DNA of 64,000 nt from positions 91,822,001 to 91,886,000 of the forward strand of contig OX597822.1 in NCBI GenBank assembly GCA_951406725.2, given 5' to 3'. A program made the position numbers and the translations under genes. Under the pieces are notes generated by a model. It was not told the DNA's origin and did not search any database. It saw nothing but the letters and a program-made list of their open reading frames with translations. This DNA is from Octopus vulgaris (lineage: Eukaryota). Below are positions 38,973-52,334 of the stretch, piece by piece; the stretch's first letter is position 1; each line of letters starts with the position of its first letter.

Positions 38973-41602
38973 CCCCTTACCCAACGGATTTTTGAAAAGA
39001 AAAACTACGCAAAACCAAATACTCTTTACTCCTTTACTTGTTTCAGTCATTTGACTGTGGCCATGCTGGAGCACTACCTTTAGTCGAGCAAATCGACCCC
39101 GGGACTTATTCTTTGTAAGCCCAGTACTTATTCTATCGGTCTCTTTTTTGCCGAACCGCTAAGTAACGGGGACGTAAACACACCAGCATCGATTGTCAAG
39201 CAATACTAGGGGGACAAACACAGACACACAAACACACACATATATATATATACATATATACGACAGGCTTCTTTCAGTTTCTGTCTACCAAATCCACTCA
39301 CAAGGCATTGGTCGGCCCGGGGCTATAGCAGAAGACACTTGCCCAAGATGCCACGCAGTGGGACTGAACCCGGAACCATGTGGTTGGTTAGTAAGCAACT
39401 TACCACACAGCCACTCCTGCGCCTATAGAATTTTTTTCTTACTTATGTTATAGTATATTTTAAGTTGTTGCTCAGGAAAGTATTAGAATTTAAATATTGT
39501 ATATATTCATGTAAATATATATGTTATCATTAGCATATGTAAGCAAGAACAAGATATCTCATCTTCTGTAAAAAAAAAAAACAATAAATAAATTGAAAAC
39601 TTGTAAAGACTGTTTTAATTAAAAGGAAGGGATAAAATAAAAGCAAAGAAAGATTACTCGCTTTACTTGTGGTACTTCTCTTCATTACATGGCTACTTTG
39701 AATGAAATGTTTCAAAACATGGAGTTACACATAATGGAACTTTGCAAATTTTACATCCCGTTTATTGCACAATACACACTCTTTCTTGTGGGAAATTTCT
39801 TTTTTTCTGTAGGAGGAATATTCATGGGAAAATGTCCAGGTGAGTACTGAGTAGGGTGAGATGAAGATGGTCTTCCAGCTCGTCAACGATGAACATAACA
39901 TGATTTTCTTTGAAGAGGGAATTGATAAGTACAAGTCTATATTTCATATGAGACATTGGTTTTGCTGTGGCTCCATTTATTTGTGTCAATGATCTTTTAT
40001 AAAGTATGTATGAATTCCACACTGCCAAGTCCATCATGTGAAAAAACACCTTCTTGTAATACCTCTTTTCACGTTTTCAGGGTATGGGATAATCAACCAA
40101 ATGCCAGTCGAGTTTGTTGACTCCACCCATAGTGAAATTGTAATCATAAACCACTTGTGGCTTTATTATCTGTTTCCTTGGAATGCTTACATCTATCATA
40201 GATGGATTATGAATGGTAGAGATCATACTAACATCTTTTTTATTCTTTCATTTTAGTGCCATCCCCTTTCCTCTTTGAAAAGCACAAATTTCACCTTTGT
40301 TTAAGCTTTGCTTGCTTGATTTCTTTTGGCGAATCCTTTCTTGTGAGACGTATTGTTCCTAGAAAATCTGTGTAATTAGCTACTGAAATATCTGCTAGTT
40401 CTAAATAAGCATAAAAATTGTTCATGATATCCTTTTCTCAGCAAAGGTTCCACAAGATTCATCACTATTCGTGGTGCCATAGTAATTTCTTGATATTTGT
40501 TGCCAATTTGAATTCCCTTTCCACAATAAATCATAAATTTCCACACATAGCCTGTGTCAGATTCACATAACATGAAATATTTAACTCCAAATCTATTCCT
40601 CTTCAAGAGTAAATATTGAACCCAACCCAATCTTCCTTTGTATAATATGAGGCTCTCATCAATAGAAATGTCTCATTTTGGAATGTACAAACTCTAGAAC
40701 TTAGCTTAGAGTATATATCATGTATTTTATGCAACTTAGGAGTTGGGTGACTTGCTTCATCATAAGAATCATTACCAACAAAATGTAGATATTGTTTTAT
40801 CTTACAAAATTGTTTCAGAGACATGACAATTCCATAAACTGGCTGTTCAAGAAGAGGATGCTTTGATGAGTACATTTCCAAATCTGGTGCCTTTATAATA
40901 CCTCCAAGCATGTTCACAGCAGAAAATAAATGCATTTCCCTATCTGTAACAGGGAGCCAATTCTTATCTCTAGGTGAAGTTTGTTGTGCAAATCTGTCTC
41001 ACTGCAAACAGTCAACTAAATCATCATCAAAATAAAGGGAAAAAAATCAAGAGGAGTCACTTCAGATCAACTAATATTCCTGGGTCTCCAGTGAAAGGAA
41101 TAGTGGAAGAGCAGGCACAAGATTATTTCTAACAGGAAGCCGATACCATTGCCTAGCAGCAAGTAAGGCATCATCATTACTATCATTATCATCATCATCG
41201 TCATCTGAGAGAATAACTTCCAGATCTGATTCACTTGCACTACAATCTGAGGGGTCAAGATTAGCAAATTCCATATCATCAATTTCACTGTTGCTGCTAA
41301 TTTCAAAAATAAAAAGCAAAAATGCAAAATGGGTCCTTAGATGAATGACTGATAAGTGCAATGATGTAAGACATGAGTCACATGACCGAAGTGGAGCATA
41401 AATTGTGGGATGTACTACCAGACATGACTAGGACAAACATACTTGTTTATGCCTGAAAAGCGCTGTAGAAGAGTTGAGTTAGACGAGATATTCTGTCCCA
41501 GCCATTATTTGAGAGAATAACTTTTAGATGAGATATTTCGTCCAACTCTGAAAAAGGTCAAACATGCAAAAACAAGACATCTCGCCATTGCTAGGAAAGG
41601 GA
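38973..41602 (-). mobile_element. Decayed piggyBac transposon (PGBD4-like transposase pseudogene)
   Basis: TTAA at 38969 and 41603 with CCC-type ends; ISIDES, KRNRFGVKYFMLCESDTGYVW, GTIRLTR, YNFTMGGVN, KVFFHMMDLAVWNSYILY, Cys-rich tail. Confidence 0.85.
39025..39425 (-). mobile_element. Full-length tRNA-derived SINE nested in the piggyBac
   Basis: Head ggcgcaggagtggctgtgtggtaag...gggttcagtccc, ttgggcaagtg core, internal (TA/TG)n, tail gactgaaacaagtaaa. Confidence 0.9.
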
Positions 41603-41728
41603 TTAAAAAACTAGCCTCTATTTTACTTTACATTCACTGACTGATGTAAACAAAAACACTAACCATGATATTCAACAACCACACAACTGATGAATCAAAG
41701 TTGTTGACTGCAAATCAGTCAAGCTTAA

Positions 41729-41949
41729 CCCTTTGGTTACTGTAATTATTTTGAAATGTTCTGTATTTCTTTCAATTACTTTAAATATAACAAAGAATTT
41801 AGTAAAACAACTTAGATATCATTCAGCTAGTGTTAGGAACATAAATTGTGACTAAGGTTTGGTGGAAGATTTTAATTCAAAACTTATGAAAACAAGACAT
41901 TTGTACTACAGAGCCAGAGCCAGTTTCAGCCGGGTTGGTAGCGAAAGGG
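41729..41949. mobile_element. piggyBac-type MITE, inverted relative to 38061-38281
   Basis: TTAA TSDs; whole body is a diverged reverse complement of the first copy. Confidence 0.9.
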
Positions 41950-42139
41950 TTAATATATACTTGCTTAGAAAGAAAAAGGGAAATAGAGAACAGATAAGAT
42001 CTGAAAACAGAGTAGATAGAAGAATGCAATCATGTGTTTACATCAGGTATTGTTCAATATCAGCTGATGTTTGACAGCCAGACCTGAAACTGAAACTAGC
42101 TTAAGGACTACAAAGTAGCAGACTACATTAGTAGTCTAT

Positions 42140-42272
<133 letters not shown>

Positions 42273-42999
42273 TATGGAAGCAGTCCACAACTAAATCACT
42301 GTATGAAAAAAGAACTTCCCATCATTCCTCATGTAGTTCTCTATTGAAGGATCATATCTGATTCAATCTTTAAAAATAAATGCTATGAATTGATATCTTC
42401 AACTTCCCTCTCAGTTCATTCGGTTGTTAAATTAATGGCAATTCATTCCCATTGTTTTAGGGCCTATCTTCACAAAGGTGAACTGCTGGTATAACGCCTC
42501 TGAAAATAGTGAATCAATTGAATGTAAGGTCAAGTTTTATGGAGCGTATAAGTGTAGAGGTACTGGATTCAAATGTAGGGCAGAAGACCAGAATGAATAT
42601 GAGATCTGAGATTGTCAGATGGAAAATGATTGTAGAGAGGGAGTAAACATGTAGTTTGGGTTCAGTTTCACTTTGGGCAAGTGTTTTTGATCAGCAGAAA
42701 CTGTGTTGAAGTATGTAGTCCCCATAATCATCATCATCATTTGATGTATGTTTTCCATGCTGGTATGAGGTCGATGGCTTGACAGGAGCTGGCAAAACCA
42801 GGAGTCACATCAGGCTCCGTTGTCTGTTTTGGCATGACTTCTACAGCCAAATGCCCTTCCTAACACCAACCACTGTAATGGGTGCTTTTTATGTGGCACC
42901 AACACCAGCATTAGTGCTTCTTATGTGATACCATCACTGACAGGGTCACCTTGAAAGGCAAAAATCCCTCAAATGAGAGAGGAAAGTAGTATTGAATGG

Positions 43000-44140
43000 G
43001 AGTGGCTTTGTGCTAGTTGAGAATTAAAGGTATATTGAGACAGAGATAAGTGTCTTGCTGTAGAGTAGATACATGGATAGCCCAGTTGGAAAAGAAAGGT
43101 GGATGAGTTGGAGAGTAAGATAAAGAAAGTGATAGTGGGAGAGATGGTAATAAAGGTGCATCGGGACATACCCTCAGGAGATATTAGTGGGGGGTGAGAA
43201 TAAATGAGGTAGTACAGAAGTTTGGACTAGATGAGTGGGCAGGATAGAGGTGGCTGTAGCAAATGATGGAATGAAATACAGGAGAGGCTCAGGGGTGGGA
43301 GTTACGCTAGATAAGTGAGGGCATTGATGGTGATAGTGGATAAGCAAAGTGTTTATGAGGAAGAACAATACAGGGGAGAGAAGGCACAAAAAAGACATGG
43401 TTTGTGGAGAAAGCAGGCAGGGGAATATTATGGAAAATGAATGTGGTTTGAAGTGGGGGAAGAAATGTGACCGAGAAAGCAGGGTGTGTGCCTTTTCTGT
43501 TTTCAAGTAATAGAGAAGTGATGGGTGTTAGGGGATGAAATGTAAGGAGAAATGGTTGATGGGGGCAGAGAAAATGAAGGTGGGGATGGAGCAGAGCTCC
43601 TCACAGACAAGTATTACCAGGTGATTTTAGGATATCAATTCTGCTGTGGTGGACAGGTCTTTTTGAATACAGCAAGATTCCAGATATTTTGATCCTTTGT
43701 CATCTCCCTCATAAATATCAGCATTTTCAACTCAGGTTTCAATACTTCATGCCATGTCTTCCTGGGTTTGCTACAAGAAACATCTGTGGTAGAAAGAATT
43801 TTGAAGGGACCAGTTGGGAAGGAGAAGGGTTGGAGACAAGAGTATATTTAGTGTCATGGGTATAGGAAGAGAGACAAGAGTTGGTTAGGAATTTAGAGAT
43901 GGGTTTAATAGAGTAGTTACAAGTAGAGATGATGGAGTAGCTAGGGTTGTTGGGCCTATGAATTTGAGGGTGGAAAAAATGGAGGAAGGAGATGATATGG
44001 TGTTTGGTGATAGAGACCATCTGTTGATTGCTATGCTTATAGTGATTAGGTAGCGCAAAGTAGAAAAGGAGTTTGTCGAAATGATGCAGAGCTTTGATTG
44101 GTGCTATATAGAGTGCAACTTCCATCATATCTCAAATATT
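43000..44140 (-). mobile_element. Highly decayed Penelope-like RT region
   Basis: MEVALY..P (MDVxSLYTNIP-like) and purine-skewed relic sequence; weak. Confidence 0.3.
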
Positions 44141-44266
44141 TATAAAAATCAAAGCAGACTAAAGCAAATCAGTACATACCAAATCAGTGAAGAGATCAAA
44201 TAAACATTTGTGGATTTTTGAATGCCAAACAGTAACAGTACAGGCTCAATATTTTGGAAAGTCTAG

Positions 44267-44478
44267 GTGGCGCTGGCAAAAACGCTAGCACACCAGGTGA
44301 AATGCTTAGCAGTATTTTGTTTGTCTTTATGTTCTGAGTTCAAATTCCACCAAGGTCAACTTTGCCTTTCATCCTTTTGGTGTCGATAAATTAAGTACCA
44401 GTTGCATACTGGAGTCGATCTAATCAACTGGGCCCCTCCCCAAAAATTTCGGGCCTTGTGCCTAGAATAGAATAGAAT
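44267..44478 (+). mobile_element. tRNA-derived SINE (another copy at 50810-51020)
   Basis: gctggcaaaaacgctagc...ctgagttcaaattcc...tttgcctttcatcc...ggccttgtgcct and (agaat)n tail. Confidence 0.8.
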
Positions 44479-44814
44479 GGAAAGCTAAAGTTTGGAGCTC
44501 AGTCATCAAAAACATTCTAAAAACTAGAAGCATAGCAGTATCTAGTTCTCCAGGACATTGATATAAGTTAATTGTTTTATAATTTATTCAATAAAAAGTT
44601 AAGAGCTGGATTGTTAGGAAACAATACTTATCATACTTAAGTTAGGAAACAATACTTATCATAAAATAAATATTCCTAAAAAATATCTCCAACAAAGGTT
44701 TTTGCTTGTCACATTAAATTCTGTTTTCTCTCATCTCAGAACTATTGTATTTAAATTATTTGCTTATGCTGAACATCAGTTTCTTGAGATTCTACACTTT
44801 TACATCAACCCAAG

Positions 44815-45725
44815 TATACACATAGTTTGACTGACCTGTAGATTGACCTCTTATCTGCTAATTAAATTCCTTACAGGATGGTGGGATAGTGTATATAATG
44901 ATAATCAGATGGGGCAATGTCCAGTGAATATGGTGGGTGGGGCATCGTTTCCCAGCCTTTGGAATGTCAGCCTCACTGTATGTGGCCTGATGGAAAAAAA
45001 CACCTTTTGTCTTGAAACCAAAGATGGTCGTTTTTCTTAAGCTGCTCAAGTTGCTTGCAGTAGATCTCCTTTGTAATCATTTGGTTTGGGTTTAAAAGTT
45101 CGAAGTGGACTAACCCTTTCGTATCTCACCAAACAGATAACAACACCTTATGTGGGTGAAGACCTTCTTTTGCCTGGGGTGACAGTCTTTCTCCTTCCCC
45201 TGCCCAATAATGTCTTCAGCACTCGACATTTTCATAGAGGACCCATTTCTCATCACCAGTTATTATTCAGTCCAAAAGAGGTTCATTCGTAAGACGTGGC
45301 AGCAAATAAGAGCACACATTCACTCACTGCACGTGATTAGACTTGGAAAGTTTTTGAGGAACCCTGACCCAATTTATTGACTTTTCCAATGGTATGCAGG
45401 TGTTGAATGGTTGAATGACCAAATCCAAGCTTCTCTACTAGTTTTTCAACAGTTATGATGGGATTTTGTTCCACCAAGGTTTGCAGAACATCCTCATTGA
45501 GCTTTACAGATCTTACAGGACTGGGCTCATCTTCTAGGGTGTAGCTTCCGACTCAGAATTTCTGGAACCACTGCTGACACTGGCTTACACTTATTGTCCG
45601 ATCCCCATATACTGCATTAATATTCCTCACACTTTCTGTTGCATTGTTGCTTTTTTATCCCATCCCCCTCTGACTTTTAGTTCATGCAATTGAAAAAACC
45701 ACATTATTTATGCGCTGATCCAACA
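44815..45725 (-). mobile_element. Deleted mariner relic
   Basis: NINAVYGDRTISVSQCQ.WFQKF...LEDEPSPVR, LVMRNGS (TGDEKW-like), HRPYSLDIAPSDYH. Confidence 0.75.
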
Positions 45726-45825
45726 CATCCATCTATCTACACATACACACACATGTGCACACACACACACACACACACGCGTGCACACACACACACGTGC
45801 GCACACACACACACACACACACGCG

Positions 45826-46312
45826 TCATCATCATCATTGTTCGACCGTGGTCGAGACAATGGAATTTACCATGCTACGCCAGACTTCACGGTCCATCAT
45901 AGCATTACGGAGGTCCTGTTGCTGGATGCCTGTATCCCTGGAGGTGCGCCCTCTGGTGTTGCAAGTAGATTACTTCCAGAGGAGAAGAGTAGAAATTGCC
46001 TCGTTTTCAGCTCTACAACAATGTCCAGCAAACTGGACTCTCCTACCTTTCACAAGAGATGACACAGGTGGTAGTTTCCCATATATTTGCATTTTGGTTG
46101 GATGACGCTTCCACGAGAGATTTTGAGCTCTCATAAGGAGGCAAGTGTAGATTCCATCTAACCACCTCTCAAGCTTCTTTGGTAACGTCCAAGTTTCTGA
46201 GCCATATAGTAGAATCGGTTCGACTGTGGCTTTGAAGATTTCAAGTTTGAAGTCTCTACTTAGATTTGATGACCAGATCTTATGCATGTCATTACAGGCT
46301 GACCAGGCCATA
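45826..46312 (-). mobile_element. RTE LINE 3' end
   Basis: AWSACNDMHKIW...IFKATVEPILLYGSETWT...RRVQFAGHC; (GAT)n tail. Confidence 0.85.
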
Positions 46313-46635
46313 CCACGCACACACACACAAACACCCCCACACACAAACACACCCACACACACACACACATATATATAGAGAGAGGCATAAAGAAATTAGA
46401 TATATTAAATATCTTTTGACATGATAAAATGCAACGTGTGTCCTATCGGTCATGCTGTAAGGGGTCACACCACAGAGAAAGGCAAGTAAAACAACAGATG
46501 GAGTGGGGGTGGGAAGCAGTGGAAGATATTAAAGCAGGTGACAGCATATCAAGGCTTTGCTCTGAAGCAGGAGGGGAAAGAAAAGTAAAACAACAGAGTG
46601 AGAGTGAGTGGCAGTGAAAGAACTTTTATCACAAA

Positions 46636-47030
46636 CTAGCAGTATCGCCTGGCGTTGCTCGGGTTTGTAAGGGAAATAACTATAAAGCATTTTTAGAGAG
46701 TTATACCCAAAAAATATCAAAAAAATGCATTAAAAATGGAAAACAAATGATGGTAAATTTTTTTTTAAATCGTTGACTCATCGTAGACATTTTTAGAGAG
46801 TTACTTCCCTTATATTTAAAAAATATGCATTAAAATGGAAAAAAAATGATGGTAAATTATTTTTTTAATCGTAGACTCATCGTAGACGCGCGCTAATACC
46901 CAGAAGGGCTCGATATGAATCACGACTATAAGATACCCGGTTTTGGTTAAACTGCACCGCAAAATGTAGGAGTAGTTAGGAATCTAAATCGGAGTAGACA
47001 GACACACAACCTTACTTTTATATATAAAGA
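46636..47030 (-). mobile_element. Non-autonomous Helitron
   Basis: Minus strand A|TCTTTATATATAAAA ... hairpin cccgagcaacgccaggcg ... CTAG|T; internal ~115 bp tandem duplication. Confidence 0.85.
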
Positions 47031-47060
47031 TTGTATTTACTTTATTAGTTTCGCCCTCTC

Positions 47061-47104
<44 letters not shown>

Positions 47105-47399
47105 TACACATACACACATATGCATACAAAATCATACATATATGTAATTAAATATCAAACACTTTTGATTTCAAAATATTATCGGCCGGCCACATAGTGT
47201 ATACAAAAATGTTATGTAAACAATAAACAATAATAGATATAGTTTCACTTTTTCCTACCATTGTACTCCTTTTTCTTCGCTTGCCCTTTCTAATTACAAG
47301 CTCTTATTTCCTTTTCCAAGTAAAGGATAACAAACATATGCACATGCACACACATTCATACATTCACACACGCATATGTATGCACATGCATAGGTGTTT

Positions 47400-47429
47400 A
47401 TAAATATGTATGAGTATATAGGAATATAT

Positions 47430-47460
<31 letters not shown>

Positions 47461-47547
47461 CATACATATATATATATATATACACATATATATCACATAT
47501 ATATACATATATATATATATACACATATATATATACACATATATATA

Positions 47548-47578
<31 letters not shown>

Positions 47579-47718
47579 ACATATATATATATACATATAT
47601 ATATATACAAATATATATACATATATATATATACACATATATATACATATATATATATATACACATATATATATATAAACATATATATATACACATATAT
47701 ATACATATATATATATAT

Positions 47719-47807
<89 letters not shown>

Positions 47808-47876
47808 CATATATATATATATACATATATATATAATATACATATATATATATATACATATATATATATAATATAC

Positions 47877-47915
<39 letters not shown>
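47400..47915. repeat. Long (TA)n/(CA)n compound microsatellite
   Basis: Directly visible; source of the spurious YIYI ORFs. Confidence 0.95.
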
Positions 47916-47916
<1 letters not shown>

Positions 47917-47932
47917 TTTTATTTTTTAAATT

Positions 47933-48326
47933 TTTACTTGTTTCAGTCATTTGATTGCGGCCATGCTGGAGCACCACCTTTAGTCGAGCAAATCGACCCC
48001 GGGACTTATTCTTTGTAAGCCCAGTACTTATTCTATCAGTCTCTTTTGCCGCACCGCTAACTGACGAGGACGTAAACACACCAGCATCGGTTGTCAAGCT
48101 ATGCTAGGGGGACAAACACAGACACGCAAACACACACACACATATATATATATACATATATACGACAGGCTTCTTTCAGTTTCCGTCTACCAAATCCACT
48201 CACAAGGCATCGGTCGGCCCGGGGCTATAGTAGAAGACACTTGCCCAAGGTGCCACGCAGTGGGACTGAACCCGGAACCATGTGGTTGGTAAGCAAGCTA
48301 CTTACCACACAGCCACTCCTGCACCT
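47933..48326 (-). mobile_element. Full-length tRNA-derived SINE
   Basis: Highly similar to 39025-39425. Confidence 0.9.
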
Positions 48327-48330
48327 ATAT

Positions 48331-48412
<82 letters not shown>

Positions 48413-48415
<3 letters not shown>

Positions 48416-48552
48416 TATTTAAAAGCAGCAGAAATATAAAAGCTGTTACTCAGAGTTTCACGTTCCCGTTCATTGGACAAAACTGTCTGACAAATGGGAA
48501 CGTGAAACTCTGAGTAACAGCTTTTGTTATATTGCTGCTGCTTTTAAATAAT
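48413..48552. repeat. Fold-back element in (TA)n carrying two divergently oriented HHR motifs
   Basis: Plus: CUGU-CUGACAA-AUG(GGAA)CGU-GAAA-CUC-U-GAG-UA-ACAG (48483-48520); minus: UGU-CCAAUGA-ACG(GGAA)CGU-GAAA-CUCUGAG-UA-ACA. Confidence 0.8.
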
Positions 48553-48630
48553 GCATATTACTCTACCTCTGGTATTTGAGTACTCTTTTTTCCACTTTGT
48601 TTCTCATTTATGTGCTTACTCCGGTATATA

Positions 48631-48674
<44 letters not shown>

Positions 48675-48675
48675 C

Positions 48676-48706
<31 letters not shown>

Positions 48707-48767
48707 GATAGATAGATAAAGAGAGTGAGAAGGAAAGAGAGGGGGAGAGCTGTTTACAAAATAAGTA

Positions 48768-48822
<55 letters not shown>

Positions 48823-49026
48823 AAATTTAAGTAGGGGAATGAATTATCCTATGTTTATTGTCAGCATGGATAATTCGTTTAACCGATACCTGGGTAGCAA
48901 ATTCACGTCAGAAAACACAGTTGAAGCGACCTGTCAAGGGTAGAAACTCCAGTTTCTTGTGTAGAAATTTGTGCATTGTATATAAATGAATGAAAGAATG
49001 GAGTCGAACGAAGATGTTAACAAAAT

Positions 49027-49122
49027 TCCTTTACTCTCGACATATGTTTCGAAGACAGCATATTTTTATTCCGAAGGAATAAAAGGTACATTATGCAATC
49101 TTCTCATCGGGAAAGATAAGGA
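49027..49122 (-). ncRNA. Type-I hammerhead ribozyme candidate with a CCGAUGA core and an extended stem II
   Basis: CUUUC-CCGAUGA-GAAGAUUGCAUA...UAUGCUGUCUUC-GAAA-CAUAUG-UC-GAGAG; 11/12 bp stem II plus a 9-bp apical hairpin; stem I 5+5 bp. Confidence 0.75.
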
Positions 49123-49463
49123 GCCTCTCTCAACCACAAGACGAACAAAAATTTCGATGATTGCCTACATGGTGATCACAGCGATAATGAGTGTTTTTTA
49201 AAAAAATCCATTATAAGCATTGACGTCAAAAATGGGTAGAAGGAGGAAGTAAAAATAGGTAGGGGACAGTATGTTTGCTGTATGTATGGAGATGTGCAGG
49301 TGTGCGCTTGTGTTAATGAGTGCAAGTGTTTGTGTGTGTGTACGTGTGTGTGTATATAACTGCATTTGTGTCTGTGTGTGTGATTGTGTATATGAGATAT
49401 AGACATACGTCAAATATACATAGTAGTAAGGGGAAAATTTGTGTCTGTGTGTTTGATCTTGTG

Positions 49464-49502
<39 letters not shown>

Positions 49503-49559
49503 CATATGTATGCTTTTCCTCCCAAAATGCATTGGTGGTACATTTGTCCACAGCCAGCT

Positions 49560-49870
49560 TGAGTTCAAGACAGGATGCCCCTGGGAGCTTCTCTATGCTG
49601 ATGACTTTGCTCTATTTGCTGAGTCACTATCAGAACTTGAGGAGAAGTTTCAGGTGTCGAAACAAGGATTAGAATTGAAGGGCCTTAGAGTCGACCTAGC
49701 TAAAACCAAAGTCCTAATAAGTAGGAAGGCAGGCAAACCACAAATCCCTTCAGGTAGATGGCCCTGTTCAATCTGTACAAAAGGCATAGCTAGAAACTCT
49801 ATAAGATATACCCTGTGTAAGCTATGGACACATAAGAGGTGCAGCAATATCAAAGGAAGGCGAAACTGGG
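49560..49870 (+). mobile_element. RTE RT fragment
   Basis: GCPWELLYADD...KTKVL...WPCSIC. Confidence 0.85.
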
Positions 49871-49899
49871 AAGATAATGTAGGCTTTCCTATTTTTTTT

Positions 49900-50345
49900 T
49901 CATGTGTCAGTTTTAATAATTGTAATATTTCTGCCTGTATCTAGCTGTAACTTCATGTTTGCGTTATTAATTTTTATGCACACAAACTTTCTCTGACATT
50001 CCTCTGCCACTACCTGCAGGGTTAAATTCTGGACCTGTTCTAATTTTGTCAATATCCAGACATGTATCTTTGCATCTTTGCTTGCAGTTAACCCTTGAAC
50101 AAAAATCAGACATTTGAACATGTCCTGATTTATTTCTTTTAATTTGAATTTTTCGCATTCTCGACTGATGACTCCAGCATAGGTGACAAAATCTTTATCA
50201 TTTTTTATTACTAAATTCAAATACTCTCAGCAAGTATTTCAATAACAATTTAATTGTTTCATTGAAATATATTTCACATGGCTCTTTTGTCAGAATGATT
50301 TTCAATGCATCACGTGTACAAGGGTAGATTTTAGTGCTTTTCTTT
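49900..50345 (-). mobile_element. Ty3/Gypsy gag-protease remnant
   Basis: DFVTYAGVISRECEKFKL...FKCLIFVQGL...LTKLEQ and MKLQLDTG (aspartic protease motif). Confidence 0.7.
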
Positions 50346-50753
50346 CTATTGGTGAGTATACATTTCACTATAAGATTTGTTCCTATGTACATTTAATTTA
50401 ATTTTCTCGTAGAACATTTACTTATACATAATTTATTTTTTATTTTATTTAACATTTTTAAAAATTATAAATTAAATTTATACATACACACCCTCACATA
50501 TTAACTTTACATTCGTATATTTATATGTACACACACACATACACACATATGTATATATATTTCTGTTAAGAATTTGGTGTCTCTACCCTATAATTACTTA
50601 ATGCAATTATAAATATCTTTACTCAGGTATGTCAGCTATTGTAAGGGTTACACTGGGAATATTATTTTATAATCATTCATTAGCTATTGGTTTATTCACA
50701 TCTTTCCTCTAGAATTATTATTATCATTATTATTATTATTATTATTATCATTA

Positions 50754-50808
<55 letters not shown>

Positions 50809-52334
50809 CCAAGGCTGGCAGAATCGTTAGCATGCTGGACAAAATGCTATTTCACCCGTCACTACATTCTGAGTTCAAATTTCATCAAGGTTAACTTTGC
50901 CTTTCATCCTTTTGGGGTTGATAAAATAAGTACCAGTTGAGCACTGGGATCGATGTAATCAACTATCCCCCTCCACCAAATTTCAGGCCTTGTGCCTATA
51001 ATAGAAAAGATTATTATTATTAGGCGTATACTTGAATAGTGTCTATTTAATTTACTATTATTTCTATTTTATTTTAATTATACTTATTAAACATATATTT
51101 AATTGTGTGGACAAGAAAATCCTCTTTCTCTTTTATTGTTGATCAATCCATACTTGGATGTGATGATCTGGAAGATTTCCTCCACGCATAAGTCATACCT
51201 CTTGTCCCCAATGTCATAGGACTTTACTTTGCTAATTATTTCCCACTTCCGCATATTGTCCTTATTTTTTTTTTAACTTACAAATTTATTTACTTAGGCT
51301 TGTGCTAGCTATTTTCCTCTTGTCCTTAAAGGTATTTTCATGGTTTGTGCAATTTTCTGTAGTGCCTATATAGTAGTAATTTTGTCCCTCAGATACTGTC
51401 TCACACAAATATATTAGACCGTTTACTTTTCAAAAATGGACACCGGTCTTTCACTTCGCAATCACAATTTTTATTTTCAATTCCTTTTGTTGTTTCCTTA
51501 TTAATGACACTGTGCCCATTTTCCTCATTATAGAGGTTATTTTTGCTATGTATATTTCCTACATTTTATATCTTAACTAGTGGTCTATCCCCTTGCTCGG
51601 TTCCTTACTTGTCTTAATGTTCAAATTGTTACTTATTCCATGCTTGTTGCTACCATTATCCATATTCGCATTGTTCATATTGTTATCATTGCTTTTATTC
51701 TTCCTATTCATCATAGGTTGTAGGTTTATGTTTTTCGTTCTCAGAGGGGGGGGGGGTACTAAGGATGACTTCACTTCTTTTGTTGGTTGCATATTTCGTA
51801 TTATCATTATTTTTATTGTCATTTTGGTCATTAATCGAATCATTTGCCTTGTCCTTATTCTTATAGAAGTCATTTAATTATTTTACTACTTAGTGCAGAT
51901 ATAATTTGTGCAATGTTTCTCAAAACACAGAAACCTTCCTTTAATTTGCATATGTTAATAACTTTGTGATATTTGTTTTCCTCTGAAAAATGTTTAGAGA
52001 CAGCTCTATAGAATAGTTTCATTATGTTGGTTTCCATTTGTTTTGCAAACGGAATTATGAACCATGCTATATCATCTTCATAGTAATTTCTTTTAGAGTG
52101 AATTTTTGTAGGTTAATTACATTTATGCATGTGGCATAATGTTTTATGTAGTTGTTATGGATACCATCATTTAAGTTCTTGGTTTCTTCCATATATTTTT
52201 CTATCCTATTTAGGTTTTCATTTAAGCATTCACAGTTATCATTATCTTTTATGCTGTGTTTTGTTTTAGGCTTTTCTTCTATTCCCTTATCTTTTAAATC
52301 TTACTAGTTCCTTGCCATTTCTATTCAGTCAACA

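Noticed and set aside
39725-41361. Domesticated PGBD gene
   Set aside because: Many frameshifts and stops, TTAA-bounded and SINE-interrupted: a dead transposon
51100-52310. Possible RLE-type retroelement relic and the 51577-51877 ORFs
   Set aside because: Only a VKPMTLGTRG-like hint; ORFs are low-complexity and cannot be classified
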